Of a stretch of DNA of 64,000 nucleotides, positions 12,132-23,647 are shown piece after piece. The DNA is taken from NCBI GenBank assembly GCA_030390025.1, contig CM059432.1, positions 50,036,001 through 50,100,000 on the forward strand, in the 5' to 3' direction. Under the pieces are notes generated by a model. It ran no database searches and had not been told where the DNA came from. It worked only from the letters and a program-made list of their open reading frames with translations. Each line of letters opens with the position of its first letter. The stretch's first letter is position 1. Position numbers and translations under genes: made by a program. The DNA is from Squalus acanthias. Taxonomy: Eukaryota.

Positions 12132-14005
12132 CTACTTTTTGCCCTTCGAGGGTGATCTCCTTCCCTTGCGCACTTCCCCCCTTCTAACCCTATTGCTCCT
12201 CCGTAATGGGACCTCAGTGGCTGCAGCAAGGCTGGTGGAAGGCTGCTGATTGTCAGACCCTGACACTGCAGATGCCCCTGAAGGACGGCCTCGACCAGTT
12301 ATGGGCGTGGAGGGCCCGGCTGCAGACTGCACCAACTCTGCATGGGCGGCAGCAGTCTGTCCTACAGACGGTGGCAAGTGCAGTGGAGAAGTGACAGTGT
12401 TGGCAGCAGGAATGCTGTCATCGTGAGAGAGGACAGCAACTCCCTGCTCGCCCGACACACTGGCACTCCCACGGGGCAGCACTTCAGCATCCGGAGCAAT
12501 CTGCTGGAGCACAGATTGCTGGCCTGCTGCGGCGCGGTGAGAGCCCCGGGGACATGTGAACGAACCATCGAGGTTGGCAGCAGTCAGTGCTCGCGTGGCC
12601 TCAATCTGAGTCTGCATGAGAGCAGTCAGAGATGGGATCACGGCAGTCAGTGACTGAATTGCAGCACTAAGCGTTAGTGTGGCATCCGCCTGTGCTACAG
12701 CGAAGTGCTCCACACTCCTTGCCAGTGACTCAATGCATTCGGGCACCCTTCCCACTGCACCCATGAGCTCAGTGTGCATGCCCACCGCCTGGGTGTTCAT
12801 TTCTGCGATCAGCCGCTCCTCCTCTGCGTCCATTGCAGTAGGAGTCGCTGGCATACTCTCCCTCTGGGGAGAAGGCCCCCGTTCTTCCCTACCCCCATGG
12901 CGTTGCTGCAGCCCGCTGGGTCCTGGAGCTTCACCCTCATCAGACCCTTCCCCCCTGCTCCCCTCCAGGGAAGGCGTGTTCCCAGTGTGGGCATGGGCTT
13001 CCTCGGGAGAGGGTGGCACTGATGCTCCGGCTTCCTCTTCCTCCTCGGCTGCAGCTTCACTCCCACTGGCAGCTTCAGGGCCCGTCTCCTCAGCTGGTGA
13101 ATCACCATCTGAAAGCAGGGAGGTACAAGAGTGGCTTTAGCATGAGGACAGGGTGGCAGTAAGGGAGGAATAAGTGCAGCGAGTTAGCAAGTTGGATTGA
13201 AAGTGTCAAAGGCTGGTGTTGTGAGGGACAAGTGGAAGGACAGAGGACAAAAAGGTGATGACCTTACCATTGCTGTCCAGAACGGGGTCGGCGTCTCCAG
13301 TGGCGACGGGACCGATCACCCGGCTTGCCACAATCCTGTGGACGCGCTTCTCAAGATCGCTGAGGGGTTGCAGCTGAGCCCGCTCTCCACCTGTCCATTG
13401 CTGCTGTCTCCTATTATCCGCCAGCTTGGCCTGCAAGTAAAAGGACAGCATCTGAGTAAATATACAGCCATGGTCTTGCCTGATGTGCCTCCCATAGGTG
13501 AATAGTCCTTACTGTATGCAGCCATGGTCTTGCCTGATGTGCCTCCCATAGGTGAATAGCTCTTACTGTATGCAGCCATGGTCTTGCCTGATGTGCCTCC
13601 CATAGGTGAATAGCCCTTACTGTATGCAAAGTGTGGAATGTGTGTGTGTGTTTCATGAAAGGGCCATAGGTGTTGGATGAGTGTTGTGCATTGGGGTTTT
13701 AAGACCCTCTGGCCATAGAGTGAGGTTGAGATGGAGGGATGGAGAGGTATTGAGAAAAAGCCACTCACCCTGACGACCCGAGTGAGGTCGTTGAACTTTT
13801 TGCGGCATTGAACATGGATCCTGGGCACCATGCTCCTGGAGGAGACGCTCTGAGCCACCTCCCTCCACACTCTTCTGTACTCGCCTGGCAAAGGCCTCCT
13901 GCCACTCTCAGGGAAGAGTATACATCTTCTGCGCTCCACCGCGCCAACCAGAGCATCCAAGGCCCGCTCGGTGAAGCGCTGAGCTCGTTCTCTCACCCTC
14001 TCCAT
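12132..14005 (-). CDS. Harbinger Myb/SANT-like DNA-binding protein, 3 exons (14005-13769, 13430-13268, 13108-12132), ~458 aa
   Basis: Exon 1 RAQRFT...W..VA..VS...QCRKKFNDL; exon 2 ...TGGE...; GT-AG introns in phase 0 and 1 join in frame with no stops; basic C-terminus. Confidence 0.85.
13465..13626. repeat. 54-bp tandem repeat x3 in intron 1 of the family A Myb gene
   Basis: Near-identical units CAGCCATGGTCTTGCCTGATGTGCCTCCCATAGGTGAATAGYYCTTACTGTATG. Confidence 0.95.
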
Positions 14006-16064
14006 CCTTGGCAGCAAAATGGATTCACAGGTCTCTCCAGGCCGAGATTCAAGGCTGCAATGAGCAGGGTGTGGCTGGGGAGCAAGTTGGCCCCCCCCGC
14101 TTTAAGAACTGGCCGGCGCCAGTGTGTCTGTGTTCCCTCGCTAACTGGCAGCACCTGCGCTGTGCTCGTGCGCTGAGTTAGCGCCTCACTGCTCGGCCTT
14201 TGCGCCTTAAGACAGGTGTGCAGCGCCTGATTTAGCGCTCCACTCACCTCCCGGGGCGGTAAAAGTGAAGTTTCCAGTCAGTGGCAATAATTAGCGCCAG
14301 GTGCTAATTTTTGCGTCCAGACGATATTTGCGCCCCAAACGGGGCGCGACCTAATTTTTCCCCCTAAGTGCCCAGTCCTCACCATTTTTAAGCTACGTTT
14401 CCGTTATTGCCACAACATCATATTGCCACACGACTAATTCTGCTTGTAGCTCACCAACCTTATTCACCACACTTTGTGCGTTTGTGTACATGCATTTTAA
14501 ACCCATTTTTGAATTTTTCGTAGTCTTTCTTAGTCTGCTCCTATCTAATATGGTACGACTTCTGCCTCTAGTACTACTTTCTTCTCTAGTACTATCCAAC
14601 ACACTCACTCTTTTATGCACCTTATTCCTCTTTTCTACTCCTTTATGCTGATGCCCATCCCCCTGCCAAGCTAGTTTAAACCCTCCCCAACAGCACTAGC
14701 AAACCTCCCCGCGAGAATTTTGGTCCCTGCTCTGTTGAGGTGTAACCTGTCTGGCTTGTACAGGTCCCACCTTCCCCAGAAATTGTCCCAATGCCTCAGG
14801 AATCTAAAGCCCTCCCTCCTGCACCATCTCTCCAACCACGCATTCATCTGTTCTATCCTCCTATTCCTGTACTCACTAACATGTGGCGCCGGGAGTAATC
14901 CAGAGATTATTTCCTTTGAGGTCCTGCTTTTTAATCTCTTTCCTAGCTCCCTATAGTCTGCCTGCAGGACCTCATCCCTCTTTCTGCCTATGTCGTTGGC
15001 ACCGATATGGACAATGACCTCTGGCTGTTCACTCTCCCCGCCTCAGAGTGTCCTGCAGCCGCTCAGTGACATCCTTGACCCTGGCACCAGGAAGGCAACA
15101 TACCATCTTGGAGTCATGTCAGCGTCCAGAGAAACGCCTATCTGTTCCCCTAACCAATGAATCCCCTATCACTATTGCTCTTCCACTCTTCTTCCTCCCC
15201 CCTTGTGCAGCTGAGCCACCCGTGGTGCCATGTCCTGGACTTTGGCTGCTCTCCCCAGAGGAGCAATCACCCCCACCAGTTTCCAGAATTGGGGATTCCT
15301 GCCCTACCTGCCTGGTCCTCCTTCTCTGTCTGGCGGCCACCTATTCCCTCTCTGCCTGCACATTCTGAGGCTGTGGGGTGACCACTTCTAGAAACGTGCT
15401 TTCCAAGTATTTCTCAGCCTCGCGGATGCACTGTAGTGACTCCAGCTGCCGCTCAAGCTCCGAAACCCGGAGCTCGAGTTGCTGCAGTTGGCGACACTTC
15501 CTGCACACGTGGTCATCTGGGCTGCAAGAAGCATCCAGGATATCCCACATGGCACAGGATGTGCAAATCACGGGACTGAGCTGCCCTGCCATGCCTCTAT
15601 TTACCAGACTATGGAGATAATTTAGCAGAAATAAACTTAAAACTTAACAAGAAACACTCAAAAGCTGCCCACCAATCAGCACTTCCCTCTATTTAGATAG
15701 GCTATGATCTATTTAGCAGAAATATACTCAAACAGAACAAAAAAACTTACAACAAATCACCCTATACTCACCTCTCTGCTTCCTTGTGCCAGCGACACCT
15801 TTGAATTCTGATGTCACTCCTTCGTTGTGTCGCTTGCCGACTGTCTCCCTCACAGGTAGTCCACTCGCTCAGACTCCCAGGCCTCTGCTCCGCGCTGCCT
15901 TTATCCCCGGTCTCCAACTCCGTTCCTCCCGCAGGTCCGCTCGCTCACACTCCCAGGGCCTATGAGGGCCAATGGGAGCACTGGGATTCCCCGCACCCCC
16001 ACCTGAAGTAAGATGTTACAAGTAACAGTTATGGGATTCCCAGTATCGCATCAGCAGTCCATAA

Positions 16065-18623
16065 GATGAAGATACTCCCACAGTGCTATTAGGGAGGGAG
16101 TTCCAGGATTTTGGCCCACTGACGATGAAGGAATGGCGATATATTTCCAAGTCAGGGTGATGTGAGGCTTGGAGGGGAAGTTGGAGGTGATGGTGTTTTC
16201 ATGCGCCTGCTGCCCTAAATCCTTCTAGGTGGGAGAGGTCGCGGGTTTGGGAGGTGCTGTCAAAAAAGCCTTGGTGAGTTGCTGCAATGCAATGGTACAC
16301 ACTGCAGCCACGGTGCGTCGTTGTTGGACGGAATGAATGTTTAAGGTGGTAGATGGGGTACCAGTCAAGCGAGCTGCTTTGTCCTGGATGGTGTCGAGCT
16401 TATTGAGTGCTATTGGAGCTGCACTAATCCAGGCAAGTGGAGAGTATTCCATCACACTCCTGATTTGTGCCTTGTAAATGGTGCAAAGTCTTTGGGGAGT
16501 CAGGAGGAGAATCTGTCCTGCTCTTGTAGCCACAGTATTTATGTGGCTGGTCCAGTTAAGTTTCTGGTCAATGGTGACCCCCAGGATATTGATGGTGGGG
16601 GATTCGGCGATGGTAATGCTGTTGAATGTCAAGAGGAGGTGGTTCGACTCTCACTTGTTGGAGATAGTCATTGCCTGGCACTTGTGTGGCGCGAATGTTA
16701 CTTGCCACTTATCAGCCCAAGTCTGAATGTCGTCCAGGCCTAGGACACTGTCCTGAGGAACTGCTGAGGCCTCCAACAACCACAACCATCTTTCTTTGTG
16801 CTAGCTATGACTCCGTGCCAGCAGAGAGTTTTCCCACTGATTCCCATTGACTTCAATTTTACTAGGACTTCTGATGCCACACTCGGTCAAATGTTGCCTT
16901 GATGTCAAGGGCAATCATTCTCACCTCACCTCTGGAATTCAGCTCTTTTGTCCATGTTTGAACCAAGGTTGTAATGAGGTCTGGAGCCGAGTGGGCCTGG
17001 CAGAACCCAAACTGAGCATCGGTGTACAGGTTATTGGTGAGTAAGTGTCGCTTGATAGCACTGTCGATGACACCTTCCATCACTTTGCTGATGATTGCGA
17101 GTAGACTGATGGGGCTGTAATTGGCCGGAATGGATTTGTCCTGCTTTTTGCAGACAGGACATACCTGGGCAGTTTTCCACATTGTCGGATAAATGCCAGT
17201 GTTGTAGCTGTACTGGAACAGCTTGGCTAGAGGCGCAGCTAGTTCTGGAGCACATGTCTTCAGCACCACAGCCGGGATGTTGTCAGGACCCATAGCCTTT
17301 GCTGTATCCCATCCGTTCAGCCGTTTCTTGATATCACGTGGAGTGAATCGAATTGGCTGAAGACTGGCTTCTGTGATGGTGGGGACCTCAGGAGGAGGCC
17401 GAGATGGATCATCCACATTGCACTTCTGGCTGAAGATGGTTGCAATCGTTTCAGCCTTGTCTTTTGCACTCATGTGCTGGGCTCCACCATCATTGAGGAT
17501 GGGGATATTCATGGAGCCTCCTCCTCCCGTTAGTTGTTTAATGGTCCACCACCATTCACGACTGGATGTGGCAGGACTGCAGAGCTTTGATCTGATCCGT
17601 TGATTGTGGGATCGCTAAGCTCTGTCTATAGCATGCTGCTTCCACTGTTTAACATCCTGTGTTGCAGCTTTCCCAGGTTGGCACCTCATTTTTAGGTATG
17701 CCTGGTGCTGCTACTTGACTTGCTCTTCTGCACTCCTCATTGAACCAGGGTTGGGCCCCTGGCTTGATGGTAATGGTAGAGTGAGGGATATGCCGGGCCA
17801 TGAGGTTATAGATTGTGGTGGAATACAATTCTGCTGCTGCTGATGACCCACAGCGCCTCATGTATGCCCACTTATGAGTGCCAGGGCTGTTGTGAATCTA
17901 TCCCATTTAGCACGGTGGTAGTGCCACACAACACAATGGAGGGTGTCCTCAGTGTGAAGATGGGACTTGGTCTCCACAAGGACTGTGCAGTGGTCAATGC
18001 TGTCATGGACAGATGAATCTGCGACAGGTAGATTGGTGTGACAGGTCATACCCTGGGATGGTGATGAAGGCGTCTGGGACATTGGCTGAAAGTCTGTCTA
18101 TGTCAGGCTGTTGCTTGACTAGTCTGTGGGACAGCTCTGCCAATTTTGGCACAAATCCCCAGATGTTAGTGAGGAGGACTTTGCAGGGTCGAATGAGCTG
18201 GGTGTGCCTTTGTAGTGTCCAAAGTCGGTGCCGAGTTCGATGCCGTGTTGTCCGTCCGGTTTTATTCTTATTATTGTTTTCCTGTAGCGGTTTGTTACAA
18301 CTGAGTGGCTTGCTAGGCCATTTCAGTGGGCAGTTAAGAGTCAACCACATTGCTGTGGGTCTGGAGTCACATGTCGGCCAGACCAGGTAAGGACGGCAGA
18401 TTTCCTTCCCCAAAGGACATTAGTGAACCAGATGGGTTTTTACGACAATCCAATAGTTTCATGGTCACCATTACTGATACTAGCTTTTTATTCCAGATTT
18501 ATTTAATTAACTGAATTTAAATTCCCCAGCTGCCATGGTGGGATTTGAACCCACATCTCTGGATCATTAGTCCAGGCCTCTGGATAACTAGTCCAGTAGC
18601 ATAACCACTATGCTACTGTTCCC
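16065..18623 (-). mobile_element. CR1-like LINE (second family, no ORF1) with a tRNA-SINE-like 5' head; internal deletions, 3' truncated
   Basis: EN start VPKLAELSHRLVKQQPDI; RT GPDNIP...ALDIKATFDRVWH; 5' end GGGAACAGTAGCATAGTGG...GGTTCAAATCCC. Homologous to 31925-34969. Confidence 0.85.
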
Positions 18624-19143
18624 TCTTATGATCTTTTGAGGCAGGCTCGAAGGGCAGTATGGCCTACTCCTGCTTCTAATTCCTATGTTCTTATGTTTAC
18701 AGCCTCTTTGCATCCTCCTCACAACTTACTTTCCCACCTAGCTTTGTATCATCATCAAACTTGGATACCTTACACTCAGTTCCTTCATCTAATTCATTGA
18801 TATAGATTGTAAATAGCTGAGGCCCAAGCATTGATCCTTGCGGGACCCCACTAGTTATAGGCTGCCAACCCGAAAATGACCCGTTTATTCCTATTCTCTG
18901 TTTTCTGTCCGTTAACTAATTCTCAATCCATGCTAGTACCTAATCCCCAATCCCATGAGCTCTAATTTTGTGTAATAACCTCTTGTGTGGCACCTTATCG
19001 AATGCTTTTTGAAAATCCAAATACACTACATCCACTGGTTCCCCCTTATCTACCCTGCTAGTTACAACCTCAAAAAACTCTAACAGACTTGTCAAACACG
19101 ATTTCCCTTTCATAAATCCGTGTTGACTCTGCCCAATCATATT

Positions 19144-19887
19144 GGCCCAGAAATTGATCTCGCTCTGTTCCCGCGTGGGTAAGCCTTCCCCGCGATGTCT
19201 CACCTCGCTTATGCTTTTTCTGATCCAGCTCGCACGAAATTGATGTTCCATACATCAGCTGTGCTGGGCTTGCGTATCCCAGCGGCGTAGTTAATTCGTG
19301 CGAGCTGTGGGATCACGTGACTCAGTTAGAGCCAATGGCAGCACACCATCTTCCATTCATAAGTCTCACAGCATGGCTGTGAGACTTATGAATCTTACAC
19401 CCCCCCAAAATAACAGCTAAACCTCAATTAAATTTAAAAAAAAAACCATCACATTAATAAAATAAGTATAGTTAATTAAATTAACCATTTTAAATAAAAA
19501 ATTAAATTTTTGAAAAAATTTAAAATCTTTTAAAAAGTTATAAAAATAAACTTACCTGTCTTTAAAGTCTATAAAAAAGATATACCTGTAAAAAAAAATT
19601 CAAAAAAATACTTAATTCACTACTTACCTTCTTAAAAGCGGGTCTTACTCCTCCTTTTTACATTTCCAAAATCTTCCCTACTTACCTGCGCGTCCAAAGC
19701 ATGAAGTGCACAGCGTGCGCGCAGCCTGTAGCGCGCACGCGATGCACTCAAGCCACGCCCCCTTTTCGGAAGAGCAATTGCCGGTTTTCAGCGCATGCGC
19801 AGGGCATGCAGAAAACCGGCAATTGGAGTGGGAATACGCGAGAGTATGCAGTGCGTACTCTCGCGTCCCGGGATCAATTTTCGGCCC
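19144..19887 (+). mobile_element. Harbinger family B MITE (744 bp)
   Basis: TIRs GGCCCAGAAATT / AATTTTCGGCCC; exact TSD ATT. Confidence 0.93.
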
Positions 19888-20286
19888 ATTATGATTTTCC
19901 AAGTGCCCTGTTACCACGTCCCTAATAATAGATTCTAGCAGTTTTCCTACTACTGATGTCAGGCTAACTGGTCTATAGTTTCTTTATTTTCTCTCCCTCC
20001 TTTTTTGAATAACGGGGTTACATTTGCTACCTTCCAATCCCCGGGGACCGTTCTAGAATCTAGAGAATTCTGGAAGATCAAAACCAATGCATTCACTATC
20101 TCTGTAGCCACCTCTTTTAAAACCCTAGGATGTAGGCCATCTGGTCCAGGGAATTTGTCGGATTTTTGTCCCATTTATTTCTTTACTAACACTAATTTCT
20201 TTAAGTTGCTCATTCTCAGTAGACCCTTGGTTCCCAACTATTTCCAGAATGTTTTTTGTGTCTTCTTCCTTGAAGACAGATACAAA

Positions 20287-23200
20287 GGGCTGGATTTTGA
20301 TTCAGGGGCGGGCTTGGGTCATGTAATCCGCATTTCGTGTTAGCCACCTGAATCTAAATCGATGTGGGAGATTGATGCGATTTTAACATAATAGGCCAAT
20401 TGAGTTCCAACGTGTGGGAACCCATGGCCAGTGAGTTTTTCCAGTCTGAAAGTCGCTTCCGATTACGTCATCATTGCTGCAGCATTTAAGGTCTGCAACA
20501 AGTCTTGCTTCCTCTGCAGACTGCCAAGCGTCTGCTTTTGCATGTTAGAGGCACCTGCAGGAAGAATGGCCAGCCAGAGACCTAGGTCTGCACCTCGATT
20601 TGATGACGTCGCCCTGCAAGCTTTAATTGAGGGAGCCAGAGCTAATAAGGAGGTGCTCTTCCCTTCTTCAGGGAGGAAGAAGCCTTCCCATCAAACCAAG
20701 GCTGTGTGGATCCAGGTGGCAGAGGAGGTCAACTCGTTGTCCATAACCCGCAGAACCTGGCTTCAGTGCAGGAAGAGGTTTCATGACCTGCTGCGCACTG
20801 AAAAAGTGAGTATGAATTTCCCATCACCCTCATTCTGATCCCCATTGCCTCTCCTCACCAGCACTCAACTTTGACAACCTCTTCCTCCACATCCCACTTG
20901 ACACTGACATCCCTGCACCCTTACCCATTCCCTCTCTCTGTATGGTCACATTCACCTAACTATTCGACTATGCAGCCCTCACACTCCCTATTGCTGTGAT
21001 GCTATGAAAACAACTTACAACACACAGGGAGGGCCCATGGTCTTGCCACCTCACTCCGAATTTGTCTCCTTCTAACCATCAATGATATAGATTCTCTACA
21101 CTCACTCCTTCATTCTCACTCAAACTCCACTTGTCTCCCTCATTGCAGGAAAAAAGAGCTCACAATAAGAGGGAAAGATCGAGGACAGGAGGAGGGCCAC
21201 CCTCAGTAGCCCAGCTCACCACCTGGGAGGAGGCGGTCATGGAGATCATGGGAGTGGAGGAGGATGTGCAAGTGGGGGACGGACAGACGGATGCATCAGA
21301 GCAAGCTGGTGACAGAATAGTTTATCATCTCTCTCATTGACATTGCATGAGTCACTGATAATGATTCTGATGCTCCAGCAGACTGACTTATGATCATCTG
21401 CAATATGCAATGTGCATGTAACCTTGGACTCACATCTCTGACTCTTTCCTTTACTCCCCCCCAGGACCATCGCGAGCACCCATCCCCACCGTCCAGGAGG
21501 AAGAGCATGAGCCTCACGACTCCTCAGAGGAAGCTGCAACATCTGAGGGCGCCGCGTCAGCAGAATTCAGCGCACCCAGCACCAGCGCAGACACTGACAC
21601 CTCGGAGGGAACATCGCAAGATAGAGTAGTGTATCACTACTGGTGATCTGGTGTATCACAGCAGTGGAGAGTCCTAGTCGGAGGGCGCAGGACTCTCCTA
21701 GCTCGGCTCAGCTGCATTTTGACCCTCTGCCTCTGGGTTCATCCATAAGATCAGCGGAGCTGGAACTCCAGGAACAGATGCAGGAGTCTCTGGCAGGTTT
21801 TGTCTCCAGGGTCGCTGCGAGTGTGGAGCGAATGGAAGAGTCCATAGCGAACATGAGCAGAGACTTTGTGGAGTCACTGGCGCATGAACGCATCACCACG
21901 GAAAGGATGGCAACCTCCGTGGAAAGTATGGCTACACTAGAGGAGAGGATGGCTACGGCTATGGAGGAGATAAATTGCCAGAGTGTAGAAAACATGGTCA
22001 TTGTTCAGAATAGACTGGCGTCTCTTGAGGAGCGATGGTCATCTATTGAACATAGAAACCAGACCTTCATGGAAGTCCTTCTGAGTAGGACTTCCAGTGC
22101 AGATACGGGTCCCCATGGCCACCCTGATGTGCAGCAAGGTGCTCTCAATCCACTTGCAAACGCTGAGGTGGGGCTGACCCATGAGAGGGATGTTGGTGGC
22201 AGACAACAAGGAAGTGGGGGCTCCTCTCCAAGCGCTCACACGACCAAGCCACTGCAAAGCCCTCGGTCAGAGCCCCACCAGACTCCTCACCCAACTGAGA
22301 TGGGCGTCTCAACCCCTGCACAGCCGCAGGAGCAGCAGACTGTTGCCGAGCTCTCACAGGCTCGCAACCCCAGAGGACGCCCGCCAAAGGTGTTGAGGCA
22401 GGAGCAGCAAGAAAGTGAGCAAGGGGCCTCCACATCTGCTGAAGCCACAGGGGAAGCACCACGTAGGAGCACGCATAAAAGAAAAATAATGCACAAGTAG
22501 TCACAAGGGTAGTCACTTGGGTGTAATGTTGTGTTTAATCTTGAAATGCCAGCACTTGCTTGGTGTGATTAAAAATTCTGCTGGGAAACTGCTGAAGTTG
22601 TGGCGTCTGTTATTTTGCAAATGGGACTTCCACATTGAGGGCTTAGGATGACTTGCAATTGTCAGTATGGTGGTCAGAGTGATAGGAATCCATTGTTGAT
22701 GGTCTGATAAGAAGGTGCGAGGCAAAAGTGTTTGATTGTGCAGGCTAAGCAAATCTGGTCAAGTGCGTCCCTTGCATCTCGGGCAGCAATGTGGTCGCGT
22801 GCTGGCACCTTCTGGCCTGTGCAGCTTCAGGTGGGTGAGGAGCAGCTTGGCACTCCTGTTGATGCTGCTGCTGCTAGTGGTGCTGTTGTTCATGGTTCTG
22901 CTGCTGCCACAGCTGGTCTTCGTCCGAATCTGATGTCCAGGAGGAAAGGAAATAAATGGTTCCCATGCTTCTGGTATATGCCTCAGTTGAGGAAGTGCTC
23001 AGTCAAGGTGGCGAGAGGGGTTTCCAAGGAGGTCACACTGGAGATGGGTGTCAGGCTCCAAACTTCCACAGCTATGGTTATGCCATATAAAAGGTCCCTC
23101 AGACCTCAGACAACAAAGTCCTGCCAACTGCAAATGATGGCTGATCACATCTCCTATTTCATGGTTGAGCTGCAGCTGATAGTCAGCAATCCAAATGTGC

Positions 23201-23478
23201 AACCGCCAAGTTTCACATTCATAGTTCAGAACAGGCGTGCTTCACGTGGAAAAAAGGTTAAAATCACAAAGGCCTTTCAAAATGGCATTATAGAGGCAAT
23301 TTAGGGCTTGTTAAGGGTCTCTTGGAGGCGGGACAGAGTCGGGACCAGCAGACACGATTTAATGAAAATTGCGTGGAGGCGGGATGGAGGCGGGCTTGTG
23401 CCCGCCCGCCAGTTTTTGCAATTTTAACCCCCCACACGCCTCCAAACCCGCCTCCACGGGTCAATGAAAATTCTGCCC
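20287..23478 (+). mobile_element. Harbinger family C element with the transposase core deleted (3192 bp)
   Basis: TIRs GGGCTGGATTTT / AAAATTCTGCCC; exact TSD AAA; Myb gene on +; fused N- and C-terminal transposase remnants on - (~22745-22966). Confidence 0.92.
20566..22500 (+). pseudogene. Harbinger Myb/SANT gene, exons 20566-20805, 21149-21308, 21465-22500, with one frame break near 21630-21660
   Basis: APRFDD...W.QVAEEVNS...RTWLQCRKRFHDL|GT; exon 2 EKRAHNKRERSRTGGG; coiled-coil-like region and RRSTHKRK terminus. Confidence 0.8.
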
Positions 23479-23557
23479 AAAGTATTTGTTTAATCTCTCT
23501 GCCATTTCCTTATTCCCCATTATAATTTCTCCTGTCTCTGCCTGCAAGGGATCCTCA

Positions 23558-23645
23558 GTCTTGATATTTGTGCTCAAGTCTCTCGAGTGGGACTTGAACC
23601 CACAACCTTCTGATTCAGAAGTGAGAGTGCTACCATCTGAGCTGC
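23558..23645 (-). mobile_element. DeuSINE-like tRNA head fragment
   Basis: Reverse complement reads GCTCAGATGGTAGCACTCTCACTTCTGAATCAGAAGGTTGTGGGTTCAAGTCCCACT. Confidence 0.75.
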
Positions 23646-23647
23646 TA

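Larger units (their letters stand above)
10146..14364 (+). mobile_element. Autonomous PIF/Harbinger transposon, family A (4219 bp)
   Basis: TIRs GGGGTAAAAATT / AATTTTTCCCCC; TSD TAA (10143-10145, 14365-14367). Removing it restores the CR1 reading EDWALNIQGYK. Carries convergent transposase and Myb genes. Confidence 0.97.
7289..15960 (-). mobile_element. Near full-length CR1 LINE (ORF1 zinc finger/coiled coil + esterase; ORF2 APE endonuclease + RT), split by the Harbinger at 10146-14364
   Basis: ORF1 from 15592: CTSC...CRKC and IVIGDSLVRG. ORF2 pieces: YTNAQS...YDVVAITET, GDFNYPNIDW, YMDFRKAFNKVPH, SGVPQGSVLGPLLF, ADDTK, LEQRRLRGDLIE. ACTCTATG-type tail near 7290. Stops and frameshifts present; 5' end approximate. 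Confidence 0.95.
18700..23556 (-). mobile_element. CR1 ORF2 fragment interrupted by the MITE at 19144-19887 and the Harbinger at 20287-23478
   Basis: PGPDGLHPRVLKE, QHGFMKGKSCLT, YLDFQKAFDKVPH. Excising the inserts restores HLENHNMIGQS and RLNKYFVSVF. Confidence 0.9.

Noticed and set aside
13465..13626. CRISPR-like array
   Set aside because: Contiguous tandem units without unique spacers, eukaryotic context, no cas genes.
22732..23304. 190-aa plus-strand ORF sharing a C-terminus with ORF 1750-2250
   Set aside because: The shared peptide reflects shared transposon end DNA; it is antisense to the transposase remnant and has no recognisable domain.
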